DNA from: Malacoraja senta | Taxonomy: Eukaryota | Reading direction: 5' to 3' | DNA: 64,000 nt | NCBI GenBank assembly: GCA_038087875.1 | Contig: CM075988.1 | Span: 22,322,001-22,386,000, forward strand | Shown: positions 1-13,071 of the stretch, one piece after another | How positions within the stretch are numbered: position 1 is the first letter of the stretch | How the letters are laid out: each line of letters opens with the position of its first letter | Position numbers and translations under genes: made by a program | The notes under the pieces: model-generated | Database searches by the model: none | What the model was told of the DNA's origin: nothing | What the model saw: the letters and a program-made list of their open reading frames with translations, nothing else

Positions 1-565
1 ATCTGTACTCACCTTTAACATCACAGCCTGGTTCACCCTCACCTCTGTCAAAGACAAATCAAAGCTTTCCCGGATCATCAATCAAGCAAGCAAAATAACT
101 GGCAAAACTCAAAATCAATTATCAGTACTCCACACCCAGGCAGTTAAAAGGAAAGCCAACCTCATTACACAGGATCCCACCCACCCCCCCCACCCACCCC
201 CTGCACAAGTCCTTCCAACTTCTGCCATCAGGCCGCTGATATAAAGTCCCCCTATCTAAGAAAAACATCCACAAAAACTCATTCATACCCATTGCCATAA
301 ACAGCTTAAATAAAAAATGAAGAATGGACAAATTAACCCTGACGCATTGTCACTTTACACGTATCCACAACTTTCATCTTGTCTATTTTTTTACAGTTTT
401 TAATCCTTATACTTGCTTTTAAGATCTATACACACGGTGTGTGCTCGCAGAAATCTGTGTTGTATGACTGCTTATCAGTACATTGTCCTGTTTGTATTTT
501 GAGCCACGCCAAAGAAGATTTTCTGTTACGCCAGACAATAAAGTTTTCTGAATCTGAATCTGAAT
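1..565 (+). mobile_element. 3' end of Rex1/Babar- or L2-like LINE, degenerate
   Basis: Reads SVLTFNITAWF...KLSRIINQASKITG...HPLHKSFQLLPSGR*YKVP...NSFIPIAINSLN, typical of the C-terminus of these RT ORFs. Followed by AATAAA (about 537) and a (TCTGAA)n tail at 547-565. Confidence 0.65.
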
Positions 566-1260
566 TAACTTACAAGCCTGTACGTCTTTGGGGCGTGGGA
601 GGAAACCGGAGATCCCAGAGAAAACCCACACGGTCCCATGGAGAACATACAAACCCCATGCCTGACACATCTCCTTTATACGTTCCCCCTCTCACCTTAA
701 GTTTCTGCTCGCTGGTCTTTAACATTTCCACGCCGGCCGCTCTATCTCAATCCTCCCCAATAACTTCCCCGATACTGATGTCAGGGCTCACTGGCCTATA
801 ATTTCCTGGATAATCTTTATTTCCCTTCATCAAAGGAACAACATTGGCTACTCCCCAGTCCTCCAGGATCTTGCCTGTCTAGAGAGGAAACAAAGAGAGC
901 CACGGTCGTGCAGCGGTAGAGTTGCTGCCTTACAGCGCCAGAGACCCGGGTTGGATCCTGACTGAGGGTGCTGTCTGTACGGAGTTTGTAGGTTTTCCCC
1001 GTGACCTGCGTTGGTTTTTCTCCGGGAGCTCCTGTTTCGTCCCACACTCCAAAGACGTACAGGTTTACAGCACCCGTAGCCGGGATCAAACCTGTGCCTT
1101 CGGCGCTGCGAGTCAGCAGCCCTGCCCCTGCGCCACCGGGTTTTGACGCAGAGTTTTGATTCTCAAAATTCCTCCCTCTCGCCCTGACGATGCTCCACCC
1201 TCTGCCGTTCCTCCACGTCCCGCACAGTTAAACGTTGTGTGTTTCTTGTTTTGCCCACAG

Positions 1261-1344
1261 AATGTAAATCTGGACTTTGCCAACCTGCCAACCAACCCAG
1301 CCACATCGATGGGCACCTGGAGGTCCATCCCACGAGATCCCCAC
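1261..1344 (+). CDS. Internal exon of a TTC3/DZIP3-like RING-H2 E3 ligase (NVNLDFANLPTNPATSMGTWRSIPRDPH)
   Basis: Pyrimidine tract plus CAG acceptor ending at 1260, consensus GTGAGT donor at 1345. 84 nt, phase 0, in frame with the next exon. Confidence 0.6.
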
Positions 1345-2128
1345 GTGAGTCGCTCGGGATCAATAACCGGTTTAATGGGTCGGGGTGGAGTGGGCACTGA
1401 ACCGGGATGTCGGCCATCCTTGCTTGGCCTCCTGTGGGCTCCTGCAACTGAGCAGAAGTGAGAGGATGTGCTGCAGGCCAGAAAGACAAATCCACCTTGA
1501 ACGTCACTTGAACCAGTGACGCCAAGCGCTGACTGAATCAAATGTGGACCAGTTTCAGTTTAGTTTATTGCCCCCCTGTACCGAGATACAGGGAAAAGTG
1601 TTACTTGAGGAGGTTTCACACTGGTGCAGACAAGATGTGTAGGAAGGAACTGCAGGTGCTGGTTTACACTGAAGATAGATACAAAATGCCGGAGTAACTC
1701 AGTGGGTCTATCACTGAGGAATTATCCATGGGAAGGTATTCTAACCTCGTAATCCTTGCTTTCCCACTCTCTCCATCCCTCCCCCATCCTAGTTCTCCAA
1801 CCAGTCTGACTGCCCTACTGATTAAATGTTATCTCTATATGCTTCATTGTCACCTTCCCCTCAGCTAACAATGATCTATTTTCCCTGAGCTTCTTCTCCT
1901 TTGATCTCTCGTTTTCACACCTTACCCTTCCATATCTGTGCCTCCCTCTCCCCGACTCTCAGTCTGAAGGGTCTCGACCCGAAACGTCACCAATTCCTTC
2001 TATCCAGAGATGCTGCCTGTCCCGCTGAGTTACTCCAGCATTGTGTGTCTATTAGCATGGTCCAGCCTGGTGTTTGATGTAGTACAATGCTCTCTGGGTG
2101 CCTGGATAACGCTATCTTTGCTTCCCAG

Positions 2129-2221
2129 AAGGAGGAGGAAGATCCTTGTGTCATTTGCCAGGAAGAATTGACCAGCAGTCGCCTTTTTGTGATGAAATGT
2201 GGGCACAAATATCACCGAGAG
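2129..2221 (+). CDS. RING-H2 exon, first half (KEEEDPCVICQEELTSSRLFVMKCGHKYHRE), TTC3/DZIP3-like E3 ligase
   Basis: CAG acceptor at 2126-2128 (tandem CAGAAG), GTAAG donor at 2222. Carries the C-x2-C and C-x-H-x2-H zinc ligands. Confidence 0.85.
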
Positions 2222-2526
2222 GTAAGCTATTACTTTGCACCTCCCATCGAGCATAGCGCAGCGCCAGAAAGCCGGGTTCGATCCTGACCACGGGCGCTGT
2301 CTGTACGGAGTTTGTACGTTCTCCCCGTGACCACGTTGGTTTTCTCCGGTTTCCGCCCACACTCCAAAGACATACAGGCCTGTAGGTTAATTGGCTTCGG
2401 TAAAAATTGTAAATTGTCCCTCGTGTGTAGAATAGTGTAGTGTGCGGGGTGATTGCTGGTCGGTGTAAACAGGACCTTCGGCCTACCGAGTCCGCTCCGA
2501 CCAGCGATCAATGCACACTAACACTA

Positions 2527-3050
2527 TCAATAGACAATAGGTGCAGGAGTAGGCCATTCGGCCCTTCGAGCCAGCACCACCATTCAATGTGATCATGGCT
2601 GATCATCCCCAAACAGTACCCCGTTCCTGCCTTCTCCCCATATCCTCTGACTCCACTATTTTTAAGAGCCCTATCTAGTTCTCTCTTGAAAGCATCCAGA
2701 GAACCGGCCTCCACCGCCCTCTGAGGCAGAGAATTCCACAGACTCGCCACTCTCTGTGAGAAAAAGTGTTTCCTCGTCTCCGTTCTAAATTGCTTACTCC
2801 TTATTCTTAAACTGTGGCCCCTGGTTCTGGACTCCCCCCAACATCGGGAACATGTTTCCTGCCTCTAGCGTGTCCAAGCCCTTAACAATCTTATATGTGT
2901 CAATGAGATACCCTCTCATCCTTCTAAACTCCAGAGTGTACAAGCCCAGCTGCTCCACTCTCTCAGCATATGACAGTCCCGCCATCCCGGGGAATTAACC
3001 TTGTAAACCTACGCTGCACTCCCTCAATAGCAAGAATGTCCTTCCTCAAA
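2527..3050 (-). mobile_element. CR1/HER1-like LINE 3' fragment
   Basis: Encodes GLSYAER..LGLYTLEFRRMRG.LI..YKI and LWNSLPQRAVEAGSLDAFKRELD, with a (CTATTGT)n-type tail. Confidence 0.85.
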
Positions 3051-3349
3051 ATCCTTCCATTATCCTACACGGACTTGGGCATAAGGTACTTTATTGTCAT
3101 GTGTAATCAGTATGGTGACATTCTTTTTGCGTACAGTTCAGTGACAATTAGGCACGATTGTTCAAAGAATCGGAATGTAAGATGGTAGACCACACTGAGT
3201 CAGTGGACAAGAGCCACCACGTTTGAAGCACTTTCCTGTGGTGGCCAGTTGGCTGGCGCTCACTTCTTGGGGTGAAAGGCCGCACAGAGTTCCACGCCTG
3301 GCTGCCCCCCCCCCCCTCGTTCTCACTGCAGCTTTCTTTGTGATTGCAG

Positions 3350-3430
3350 TGCATCTCCTTGTGGCTGAAGGATCAGAAGACGTGCCCCAGTTGCACCCTC
3401 AGCTTTGCCACCTCCTTCGCACAGTCCTAA
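3350..3430 (+). CDS. Terminal coding exon of the RING-H2 ligase (CISLWLKDQKTCPSCTLSFATSFAQS*)
   Basis: TTGCAG acceptor ending at 3349, phase 0. Completes the RING with C..WL...CPxC; TAA stop at 3428-3430. Confidence 0.85.
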   Translation, partial: CISLWLKDQKTCPSCTLSFATSFAQS

Positions 3431-5972
3431 CGGCGCGGCAGGAACCCACCCACCCACCCTTGCCCGCGGACTGACCCACCCGGGGGGGGGCTCCATTCGC
3501 GGGGCCTTTGTTCACTGTGAACGCGACGGGACGCCGCGGTGGCGTGAAGGTGCCGGGGCGCGATGGGCGTGACGCTCCGGCCTTCTGTTGGATTCAACGG
3601 GACCTCTGACTCGTCCCGATCAAAGGAGATTCTACTTACTGAGAGATTTATTTTGTGAAGGGCATGCTGATTCTTTGACCATCCAAAACTGAAGCATATT
3701 TTAATATGGAGGATGGAAGGTAATCATTTTCAGTTTAATAATTAAAGGTTGTGGAAGGTTGCTGTTGTTTGCGTGTTACATTCTACCAATCGTGGGCCTG
3801 GAGCTGCTTTGTTTAAGATTCAAGATTCAAGTGAGTTTATTGTCATGTGTCCCTGATAGGACAATGAAATTCTTGCTTTGCTTCAGCACAGACTATTAAA
3901 AACTTCAAGAAGATGAGGCGGCAATATTTATACATTCAGGGCAGATTTAGGCCATTCGGCCCATCAAGTCTACTCTGTCATTCAATCATGGCTGATCTAT
4001 CTTTCCCTCTCAACCCCATTCTCCTGCCTTCTCCCCGTAACCCCCGTACTAATCAAGAATCTGTCAATCTCTGCCTTAAAAATACCCAATGACTTGGCCT
4101 CCACTTGGCCGTCTGTGGCAATGGATTCCAGATTCACCCCCCCTCTGCTTTGGAAGTACGAGATCCCCATTCTCCTGCCTTCTCCCCATCACCCCCCAAC
4201 TAATCAACTTCCTTGAGTAACAATTGTGTAACAACGTACAATTTACTTTATAAAACCTCCTTCCAGTTTCCCCCAATGTTTCCTTGCTCGGACCGTGAGC
4301 GGGGGGGGGGGGGGGGGAGGGACGAGAGTTTGACACTTCTCCTCTCTTCCAGTTCAATCTCGCAAAGTTCACAAATCACGGGAGTGGAATTAGGCCATTC
4401 GGCCCCGTCGGGTCCACTCCGACATTCAATCGTTTTTGTTTAAGAAGGAGCTGCAGATGCTGGAAAATCGAAGGTAGACAAAAGTGCTGGAGAAACTCAG
4501 CGGGTGCTGAGCACCCGCTGAGTTTCTCCAGCGCTTTTGTCATTCTTGACTAATCTCTGCTTCCTAATCCCATTTTCCTGCCTTCTCCCCATAACCATAA
4601 TCAAGATTTTTGTCTCAAAATGTTCTTTTGTGTTTCTCCTTCTTTCTTTGGAACCCTACAGTTGTTCACTAACAAGTGAAGAGTCACTCTACACTAATTT
4701 AACTTTCATTTATAAGAGGCAGAAATGAAATCACACAGGATTAATTTGGCATATTTACATGTTTTATTACAAAGGCTGCTTCATTCATTTGACACCTGGT
4801 TACACTGTCACACTGATATTTAATCCTGCTCAGATGATGGATGTAAAAAGGTACTAAGGTATTATCCTTGCTTGCTGGATCTAGAATATTAATACTAGCA
4901 CATTGACACAATATGTTACCTGGCTTGTCAAATAGATAATCCCAAAGTGGACAACGTTGGTGCAAGTTGGCATCCCTTAGTACAAACTGGACAGAGCATC
5001 AATTTTTAACTGTACACATTTAAGAGCCCTGTTTGTGGATGACCCTGCCAACTCCACAAAAACAGTAAAAGTTTAGGTATATATTACTTAGGAAAAGTGG
5101 GAGGTCAACCACATTTAGAAGCCGTGCACTTAATACCTCAGCAGATTGAAGTCAGTGCATTATTTTCATGTGTAAATCAACATTTATAGCTAATTAAAAC
5201 ATTGATTTGTGTGCTAATCAAACATCTGCTCTGTTGGGACTTTGTGGGCAGGGGTTTGTATTCGAGCAAGTATTCAGGTGGGCGCGGCATCCGCGGTCGG
5301 TATTCAGGTGGGACTCGTGTAGCTGGGACATACATGTTGGTCGTTGTGGGCAAGTTGGGCTGAAATGGCCTGCTTCCAAACTCTATCACTCTATAAATCC
5401 AACTCAATACTCCAAGGGCAATGGGATAGGATTTAATAAAAGGTTGATGGTGGATTCCTTAGGGGGATACAGTATAAAGTCGTCATCATCAAGACTGTTC
5501 AACAGAAAAATAACGGGTCACCTGGTACAAACTATGAAAGTTATGGGACATTGATCATGATCATGAAAGATGGGAGATAGTTATAAGGACTTGATCTAAA
5601 CTTGCATTACAGCCATTAACAAAAAGAATCGAATCAACAGATATGAAAGAGTTGGAATTATGGAATTCCATGAAAGTGAAAGATGAAGCAGGCAGTGCTA
5701 AATTTACCAGAACTTTTGACTTTTATTGAAAAAGAGGAATATTAATAAGGACGGTGTGGAAGAAATGAGAAGCCGTGTTATTATAAAGTATAGCATGGGG
5801 AAAGGCAGCAAAGGAGAGGACGAGACAATGAAATAAATGTAGAGGATTTACCAGCACCTGCAGAACCGGTATGTATATAACCAACATCTGCAGTTCCTTT
5901 CGACATACTCAATGTAGAACCAGTTTCACTGCCAAGAAACAAGGTGAGATAGAAAACAGGTGGGTGTAGTCT

Positions 5973-6203
5973 GAATGTTTAAGAAGGAACTGCAGATGCT
6001 GGAAAATCGAAGGTAGACAAAAATGCTGGAGAAACTCAGCGGGTGAGGCAGCATCTATGGAGCGAAGGAAATAGGCAACGTTTCAGGCTGAAACCCTTCT
6101 TCAGACTGTCTGAAGAAGGGTTTCGGCCCAAAACGTTGCCTACTTCCTTTGCTCCATAGATGCTGCTGCACTCGCTGAGTTTCTCCAGCACTTTTGTCTA
6201 CCT
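5973..6203. mobile_element. Penelope-like (PLE) fold-back terminal-repeat insertion with 12-bp TSD
   Basis: Inverted arms centred near 6107. TGGGTGTAGTCT is repeated directly at 5961-5972 and 6204-6215. Hammerhead-like CTGAAGA...AAAC cores on both strands. Confidence 0.75.
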
Positions 6204-6703
6204 TGGGTGTAGTCTAAGTTGGATATCTATCAATGTGCATATAGTAGTTATATATATTATCTATCTATCTATCTATATATATATATTTATAAAGGGGAGC
6301 TAGAGGATGTAGTTTAGATATTCAAAAGGTATTTTGGCAAGGTGCTTTAGAGATTAATCTCTCCTTTAGAGATTAAGACTAATACAGTTGGGAGTAACAC
6401 AACAGGACCGAAGGGTCAGTCTCATGCTGGGAATCTGCCAGAGAGGGAGGATGAGCATTCACGCACATTAGAACCATTTATGCCAAAACGCAATCCCAAT
6501 CCAATTAAAATCTTAATGTAAACATTCCTATTTTAGTAAGCTTCCTCCCATTATTCACCTGGATGATCCCACACGTCACCTCTGGCTGTAGGACATAAAT
6601 AGAACCCATGGACAATGTTTACCTTTTGTTCTTGAACAGTAGGAAGAAGCAGACAATCAGGAGATTGTAAGTACCTGGGGCATCGGAGCAATGATATCAA
6701 TGG

Positions 6704-6895
6704 TCGACAAAAATGCTGGAGAAACTCAGCGGGTGAGGCAGCATCTATGGAGGGAAGGAATAGGTGACGTTTTGGGTCTCGACCCAAAACGCCACCTATT
6801 CCTTCGCTCCATAAATCCTGCCTCACCCGCCGAGTTTCTCCAGCATTTTTGTCTACCTTCGATTTTTTTCCCATCATCTGCAGTTCTTTCTTAAA
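6704..6895. mobile_element. PLE-derived fold-back insertion with 15-bp TSD
   Basis: CAATGATATCAATGG at 6689-6703 and 6896-6910 flanks the inverted arms. Confidence 0.75.
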
Positions 6896-8149
6896 CAATG
6901 ATATCAATGGCATCTGTTTGGGAAGATCATGGAGACATTGGGATGGGGACAGAAAGAATAAAAGTGCAGAGAAATCCAAGAGTTACTAGGAGGAAAAACC
7001 AAAAAACAGAATACTTTAAAGTAGCGAGGAACTGGGCAAAGTGCAGGGGCAGATGAAGCTGGGATCCTCGCAGGGAAATTACTTTGTAGAAACCGCAAGT
7101 GAACTTGGTGAAGCCATGGGTAAGTCCTAATGGAGTATTGCAATCACAACTGGACCACCATCTACAGTTTTGATCATCCTTATCCATGGAATGATGAACA
7201 CATCCAACAGCAAACGTGCCGAAGGTTCAGTCCGTCGATTCCCAGGATGAAGGGGGATTGTCCTGAGAGGAAAGATAGAGCGGACCAGTTCTCTGGAGTT
7301 CACATGAACAACACAACTGAAAGCAAATTCTAGATCTGGAGAGGATAGAGTGAGAGGATGACTAGGGGGAAAGAGGTGACAAACTCAGCATATAAGAGGA
7401 TGGCGATTTAGGGTAGTGAATCTTTAGAATTCTCCAACTCTAAGGGCAGTCTTTCTTCAGTCACCAGGGATAGTCAAGAGAACAACATATTTTGGACGCA
7501 GGGAGAAAAGGGGGGAGAGTGTGAAAGATTGGAGCAGAGGTAGATTATATCCATCCTGATCATTTTGAATGGTGGAGCAGGCAACAAGGACCATGGGATC
7601 ACCTTTGTTCTTCATTGAACCCTGACTGGGGATGATCAGCCAAGATCACATTGAATGGCGGCACTGGCTGGAAGGGCCGAATGGCCTACTCCTCCACCTA
7701 TTGTCTATTGACTGGGAGAGAAAACATGAGCGATCACACGTACAAATCTAAAGCACCATTTTTATCAAACTCCAGGCCCAATCCAATTGTAAACACAATG
7801 TAAACAGTCTTTTTTTTTCCAGGCAGTTTCCTTCCATTATTCACTTGGGTCACCCACGTGACACGTCTTGCTGGAGGACATAAATAGAAGCCACGGATAA
7901 CATCTAGGTTTTATGTTGAGCGCGAGGAGGAACCAGGTGCGATTGACAAGAGTTAGTCCAATTCATGACGACTGTAGGCGGGGGAGCAGAAGAGCTGAAG
8001 ACACAAACTCCAGCAGTAGAGAACCTCTGTGGTATCACATGGATAATAGCTCACCAGCTGACGTCAACTAGATTCTGTGCAACACACAACTGAGAGTCAC
8101 TAGGCCATATCATTTCAGGTGTAGAAAAGAACTGCAGATAGTGATTTAA

Positions 8150-8605
8150 ATCCCGGGATGGCGGGACTGTCATATGCTGAGAAAATGGGGCGGCTGGGCT
8201 TTGTACACTCTGGAGTTTAGAAGGATGAGAGGGCATCTCATTGAAACATATAAGATTGTTAAGGGCTTGGACACGCTAGAGGCAGGAAACATGTTCCCGA
8301 TGTTGGGGGAGTCCAGAACCAGGGGCCACAGTTTACGAATAAGGAGAAAGCCATTTAGAACGGAGACGAGGAAACACTTTTTCTCACAGAGTGGTGAGTC
8401 TGTGGAATTCTCTGCCTCAGAGGGCGGTGGAGGCAGGTTCTCTGGATGCGTTCAAGAGAGAGCTAGATAGGGCTCTTAAAAATAGCGGTATCAGGGGATA
8501 TGGGGAGAAGGCAGGAACGGGGTACTGATTGGGGATGATCACATTGAATGGCGGTGCTGGATCGAAGGGCCGAATAGCCTACTCCTGCACCTATTGTCTA
8601 TTGTC
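8150..8605 (+). mobile_element. CR1/HER1-like LINE 3' fragment
   Basis: LYTLEFRRMRGHLIETYKIVKGLD...SRTRGHSLRI motif; 3' tail CCTATTGTCTATTGTC. Confidence 0.85.
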
Positions 8606-9286
8606 TTGCCCAGAGTCGGGGAATCATGAACCTGAGGACATAGGTTTAAGGTGAGGGAGGAAAGATTTAATAGGAACCTGAGGGGTAACCTTTTCACACA
8701 GGGCGGTGGGTATGGAACGTGCTGCAGAGGAGGTAGTTGAGGCAGGCACTATCTCAACGTTTAAGAAACATTTAGACAGGTACATGGACAGGTTCAGAGG
8801 GATATGGGCCAAATGCAAGCAGGTGGGACTAGTGTAGATGGGACATGTAGGTCGGTGTGGGCAAGTTGGGCCAAAGGGCCTGTTTCCACACTGAATGACT
8901 CTTTGATTCTATAACAAACTGGGTTGAAATTGGCGGTGCTGGATCGAAGGGCCAAATGGCCTACTCCTGCACCTATTGTCTATTGGGACAATTTTACTAC
9001 TGATCACCCATTCACACTAGTTCTATGTTTATCATGGAGGCAATTTTGCAGAGGCCAATTAACCTACAAACCCGCACACCTTTGTCTTTTAGTTATATAA
9101 AGAAGCAGGGCCAAGGTCTACACAGATTCTTATAGGAGATGGAACTTGGGGAAAGTGGGAATTTATGGTGGGACCTGCAGCCTACAGACTGAGAGTAATA
9201 GTGTGCGCAGAAGTACACTCACTGCTGAGCTTTTACCAACATGATCAAAGCAGAAGGCTCTCCACTGCAGGAAGGCGCCTCAGCTT

Positions 9287-9453
9287 TCAGTCCTCCTTCT
9301 TGGGCACGGGGCCCATCTTGGTGCGAATGTTCCTCAGCAGGAAGAAGGCCACGGTGGTGACAGCGCACGTCACCTCAGCGATCCAGAAGGCCATGTCCCA
9401 GCTGTATTTCTTCGCTATCGTGCTGAACGGGAGTCCAGCCAGGAACCCCCCCA
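9287..9453 (-). CDS. SLC37A4: SLC37A4 last coding exon ([54 protein letters not shown])
   Basis: AG acceptor at 9455-9454, TGA at 9289-9287, 167 nt. Matches the G6PT C-terminus, including the KKxx ER-retrieval signal. Confidence 0.97.
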
Positions 9454-10299
9454 CTGTGGGACACAGAGAGAGGAGTGGGTCATCAGTGTGGAAACGTAAT
9501 GAAGAGAGGTTTCAGCTCAAGTGTAAAGTCACTTTGACTTGTTAGTCCTACCCTGTTGAATGGACATGACAAAGGTAGACACAAAAAAAACTGGAGTAAC
9601 TCAGCAGGTCAGACAGCATCTCTGGGGAAAATGAATAGGTGGCATTTTGGGTCAAGACCCTTCTTCAGAAAAGTCACCCATTCCTTCTCTCCAGAGATTC
9701 ACACAGAGGGTGGTGGGTGTATGGAACAAGCTGCCAGAGGAGGTAGTCGAGGCTGGACTATCCCGTCGTTTAAGAAACAGTTGGACAGGCACATGGAAAG
9801 GACAGGTTTGGAGGGTTATGGACCAAGCGCAGGCAAGTGGGACTAGGGTAGATGGGACATTGTTGGCCGGTGTGGGCGAGTTGGGCTGAAGGGCCTGTTT
9901 CCACGCTGTATTACTCTATGGCTATGAGAAGATGCTGCCTGTCCCGCTGAATTACTCCAGTTTTTTGTGTCTAATTTCAGTTTCAACCAACATCTGCAGT
10001 TCCTTCGTACACGAATAGACATGCCAACTGAGCTGAACAAATATCAAGAACCGTCCACTGGTGTTATTGGAAATTATTAACGTGAACTCCACAGGACAAA
10101 CCTCTTGCACCTTACACCCATTAATATGCTTTAACAACAGCCTGATTACTGACAAACCACTAAATGAGCTTCAATTAGCATGCTAACTGCCAGCTTGCAA
10201 ATTCCTTTTGGTGATAAACTGGTGGACATTGTGTGCTTTGGTCTCCTGCCCATTGGTAGCTTTGATCAGCCAAGCCAAGCCGCGAGCCAGCAGAGGGCG

Positions 10300-10780
10300 A
10301 GATACATAGATACATAGAAAATAGGTGCAGGAGTAGGCCATTCGGCCCTTCGAGCCTGCACCGCCATTCAATATGATCATGGCTGATCATCCAACTCAGT
10401 ATCCCGTACCTGCCTTCTCTCCATACCCCCTCCATAGCCACAAGGGCCACATCTAACTCCCTCCTAAATATAGCCAATGAACTGGCCTCAACTACCCTCT
10501 GTGGCAGAGAGTTCCAGAGATTCATCACTCTCTGTGTGAAAACGTTTTTCCTCATCTCGGTCTTAAAGGATTTCCCCCTTATCCTCAAGCTGTGACCCCT
10601 TGTCCTGGACTTCCCCAACATCGGGAACAACCTTCCTGCATCTAGCCTGTCCAACACCATAAGAATTTTGTACGTTTCTATAAGATCCCCTCCCAATCTC
10701 CTAAATTCTAGCGAGTATAAGCCAAGTCTATCCAGTCTTTCTTCATATGAAAGTCCTGACATCCCAGGAATCAGTCTGGT
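10300..10780 (-). mobile_element. CR1/HER1-like LINE 3' fragment
   Basis: TRLIPGMSGLSYEERLDRLGLYSLEFRR...LWNSLPQRVVEA. Confidence 0.85.
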
Positions 10781-11286
10781 CAGATCACAGGTATTCTCAG
10801 TCAGGACTCGGACGCTGCGGCCTTGTACACTGCTGGGCGGTAACGTGTTGGCAATGTTCTCGTCCAGAGTGTTGTGAGTCGGCCGAGTAGTTTTCACTCC
10901 AACTAACTGACTATTAAATGGACGGCAGGAGCAATAAATGTATTCTACAAAGCTCCCAAATGAGTGGGGATGAGTAATCCTTGAATCTGGACCTGGTGGG
11001 TGGGTGGGGGAAGTTGCCGAGAACAAAGAAACAGAGGGGGATCCAGTGGGGGGAGGGGGCATTGCATAGCTCAGAATTTCTCCAGCCATTTCGTTAGTCA
11101 CAATTGGAAATTCCCTCTGGATACATGGCCCCCTCTAGACTGCTCCATTCCACAGACAGCGTAAAACTCCAAATTCTACACTTGGTATCCAAGCCCAGGC
11201 AGTAACATGACCACGAGGCAGCATTTGCTGCATATAAACTCTTCAAAATAGCCACAGTTTCAATCGATCTTCCCCTCCCTCCTCAC

Positions 11287-11425
11287 CGTTTGCCATGAGA
11301 GCCACAATGGCGTGAGATGTGCCGGACAGGTTGGAAGGAGCAGACTCGTTCGCTATCACTCCAAACAGTGCAATGGGCCCATAAGAACAGAACCCAAATA
11401 CGGCTCCCAAGGAGAGAATCCATAA
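11287..11425 (-). CDS. SLC37A4: SLC37A4 exon ([46 protein letters not shown])
   Basis: TAG acceptor, GTGAG donor, 139 nt, phase 0 to 1, in frame with the last exon. Confidence 0.97.
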
Positions 11426-11621
11426 CTAGGAGAAAAAAACACAACAAAGGGTGGGAAAGAAAAGCTGTCTTCATGAACAACACCCACATATATTGAATTT
11501 GACATTAAGATTTAGCTGTTACCAGTCAGCTCGGCGTTTAGTTCCTTCCTACAAATGCCCTGGAGAGACTGGTGGGGATCGTGTGCCTTGAACTACTGTG
11601 GCCTAGGTGTTGTAAGTGTTA

Positions 11622-11994
11622 AGGGCCGGTCCCACTTTCCCGAGTTATTCACGAATTCTCTTGAGTTATTCACGAATTCTCCCGAGTTTTCAAACTCGCA
11701 GAATGTTGGTAGCGAGTCCGTGGATATTTTGTAGCGGCTCGTTATGCCAGCCGTAGGTACTCGGGGCATCAGGTAAGTCGGGACGTTTTTTCCAGCCCGA
11801 TGAAAAATGTCCACGAGTAAAAAAAATAGCCCCGAGTACCTACGGCTGGCATAACGAGCCGCTACGATATATCCACAGACTCCCACGGCCTCCTACGGAC
11901 TCGTTACGAACATTCTGCGAGTTTGAAAACTCGGGAGAATTCGTAAATAACTCAGGAGAATTCGTGAATAACTCGGGAAAGTGAGACAGGCCCT
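11622..11994. mobile_element. Palindromic non-autonomous DNA element (MITE; Harbinger- or Crypton-like)
   Basis: Termini AGGGCCGGTCCCACTTTCCCGAG / CTCGGGAAAGTGAGACAGGCCCT, long inverted arms with internal 21-bp repeats. Flanks TTA/TTA. Confidence 0.8.
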
Positions 11995-12149
11995 TTACAA
12001 TGGCATTTACATCAAGCTGGTTACATCAAGACTTTGTACCAGTGACCATGGTGGAACAGATGACAATCCAAGTCACAAGGAGGTGATGGTGATATCTTTG
12101 TTCTTGTTTGGCAGTAACTGGACTATTATTTTAGTTTTTCGGTTTTTGT

Positions 12150-12425
12150 TTTGGAGCATGGAAACAGGCCCTTCGGCCCTCTGCCGACCAGCGATCCTTG
12201 CACACTAACACTATCCTGCACACACTAAGGGACTGTTTACAATTTTACCAAGTCAATTAACTTACAAACCTGTACGTCTTTCGAGTGTGGGAGGAAACCA
12301 GAGCTCCCGGAGAAAACCACGTCGGTCACGGGGAGAATGTACAACCTCCATACAGACAGCACCCGTAGTCGGGATTGAACCCGTGTCTCTGGTGCTGTAA
12401 AGGCAGCAACTCCACCGCAACGCCC
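12150..12425 (-). mobile_element. V-SINE (HE1-like, tRNA-derived)
   Basis: Degenerate tRNA-like head, V-domain (TTCTCCCCGTG...GGTTTCCTCCCACAC) and CR1-like tail. Confidence 0.8.
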
Positions 12426-13071
12426 ACTGTAACATCCAATAGTAAACTGCAGCACCATCTACCAGCTTGCAAGCATGCAGTCTGTATTGCAATATGCCCC
12501 TTCAAGAAGAGATGGCTGCTTGGTCAACAGCTAATCTTGTATAATCTTGCAACAGGTGAAAGAATGCAGCTCACTAACATGGGCACTGCACAGGGAACAC
12601 AACAGAACTGTTCGGGAACCTCACAAATGGAACTTTGTGTTCTTTATTGTACTTTAGCAAATAGCAGTAGGATGACTCGAGTTTTAGTGGCATCAAGAAG
12701 GTTATAAAGAAGTATCAGGTCAGAGTCTCATTTCCTTTGATAAGCCTTAAACATATTGGGGGGGGAAAGCTAATGATCATAGAGACCATTTTCATACCAG
12801 TAATTGGACCAGATCCGCAAATTATGTTTTTAAAACACACTTTATCCGTGCGAGTTACTTAGGGCGAGTGCTGTCACGTTATTTTAAGCTCGCAGCATCT
12901 CAAAAGTTAAACATTGCACGTTTTAAAGGGATTTTTCTTTTTAAAGAGAGGGTTGCACAAATATTAAAATAAGAAGCTTGCAAGGGTTCAGAAGAAGGAA
13001 GCATAGAACAATAAAGGGAAGGCAAGGGGAAAGGGGGAAACAAGGGAAGATAGAGAGAGCAAGAGAGAGAC

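Noticed and set aside
1345..1461. Extension of the RING-gene exon to the GT at 1458
   Set aside because: It gives phase 2, incompatible with the phase-0 acceptor at 2129; GTGAGT at 1345 fits.
7191..7266. ATGATGA...CTGA resembling a C/D snoRNA
   Set aside because: The 3' half is decayed CR1 sequence (GATTCCCAGGATGAAGGGGGATTGTCC) and there is no terminal stem.
10175..11101. 308-aa ORF as a gene
   Set aside because: Chance read-through of intronic sequence into a CR1 RT fragment; starts at a non-ATG codon.
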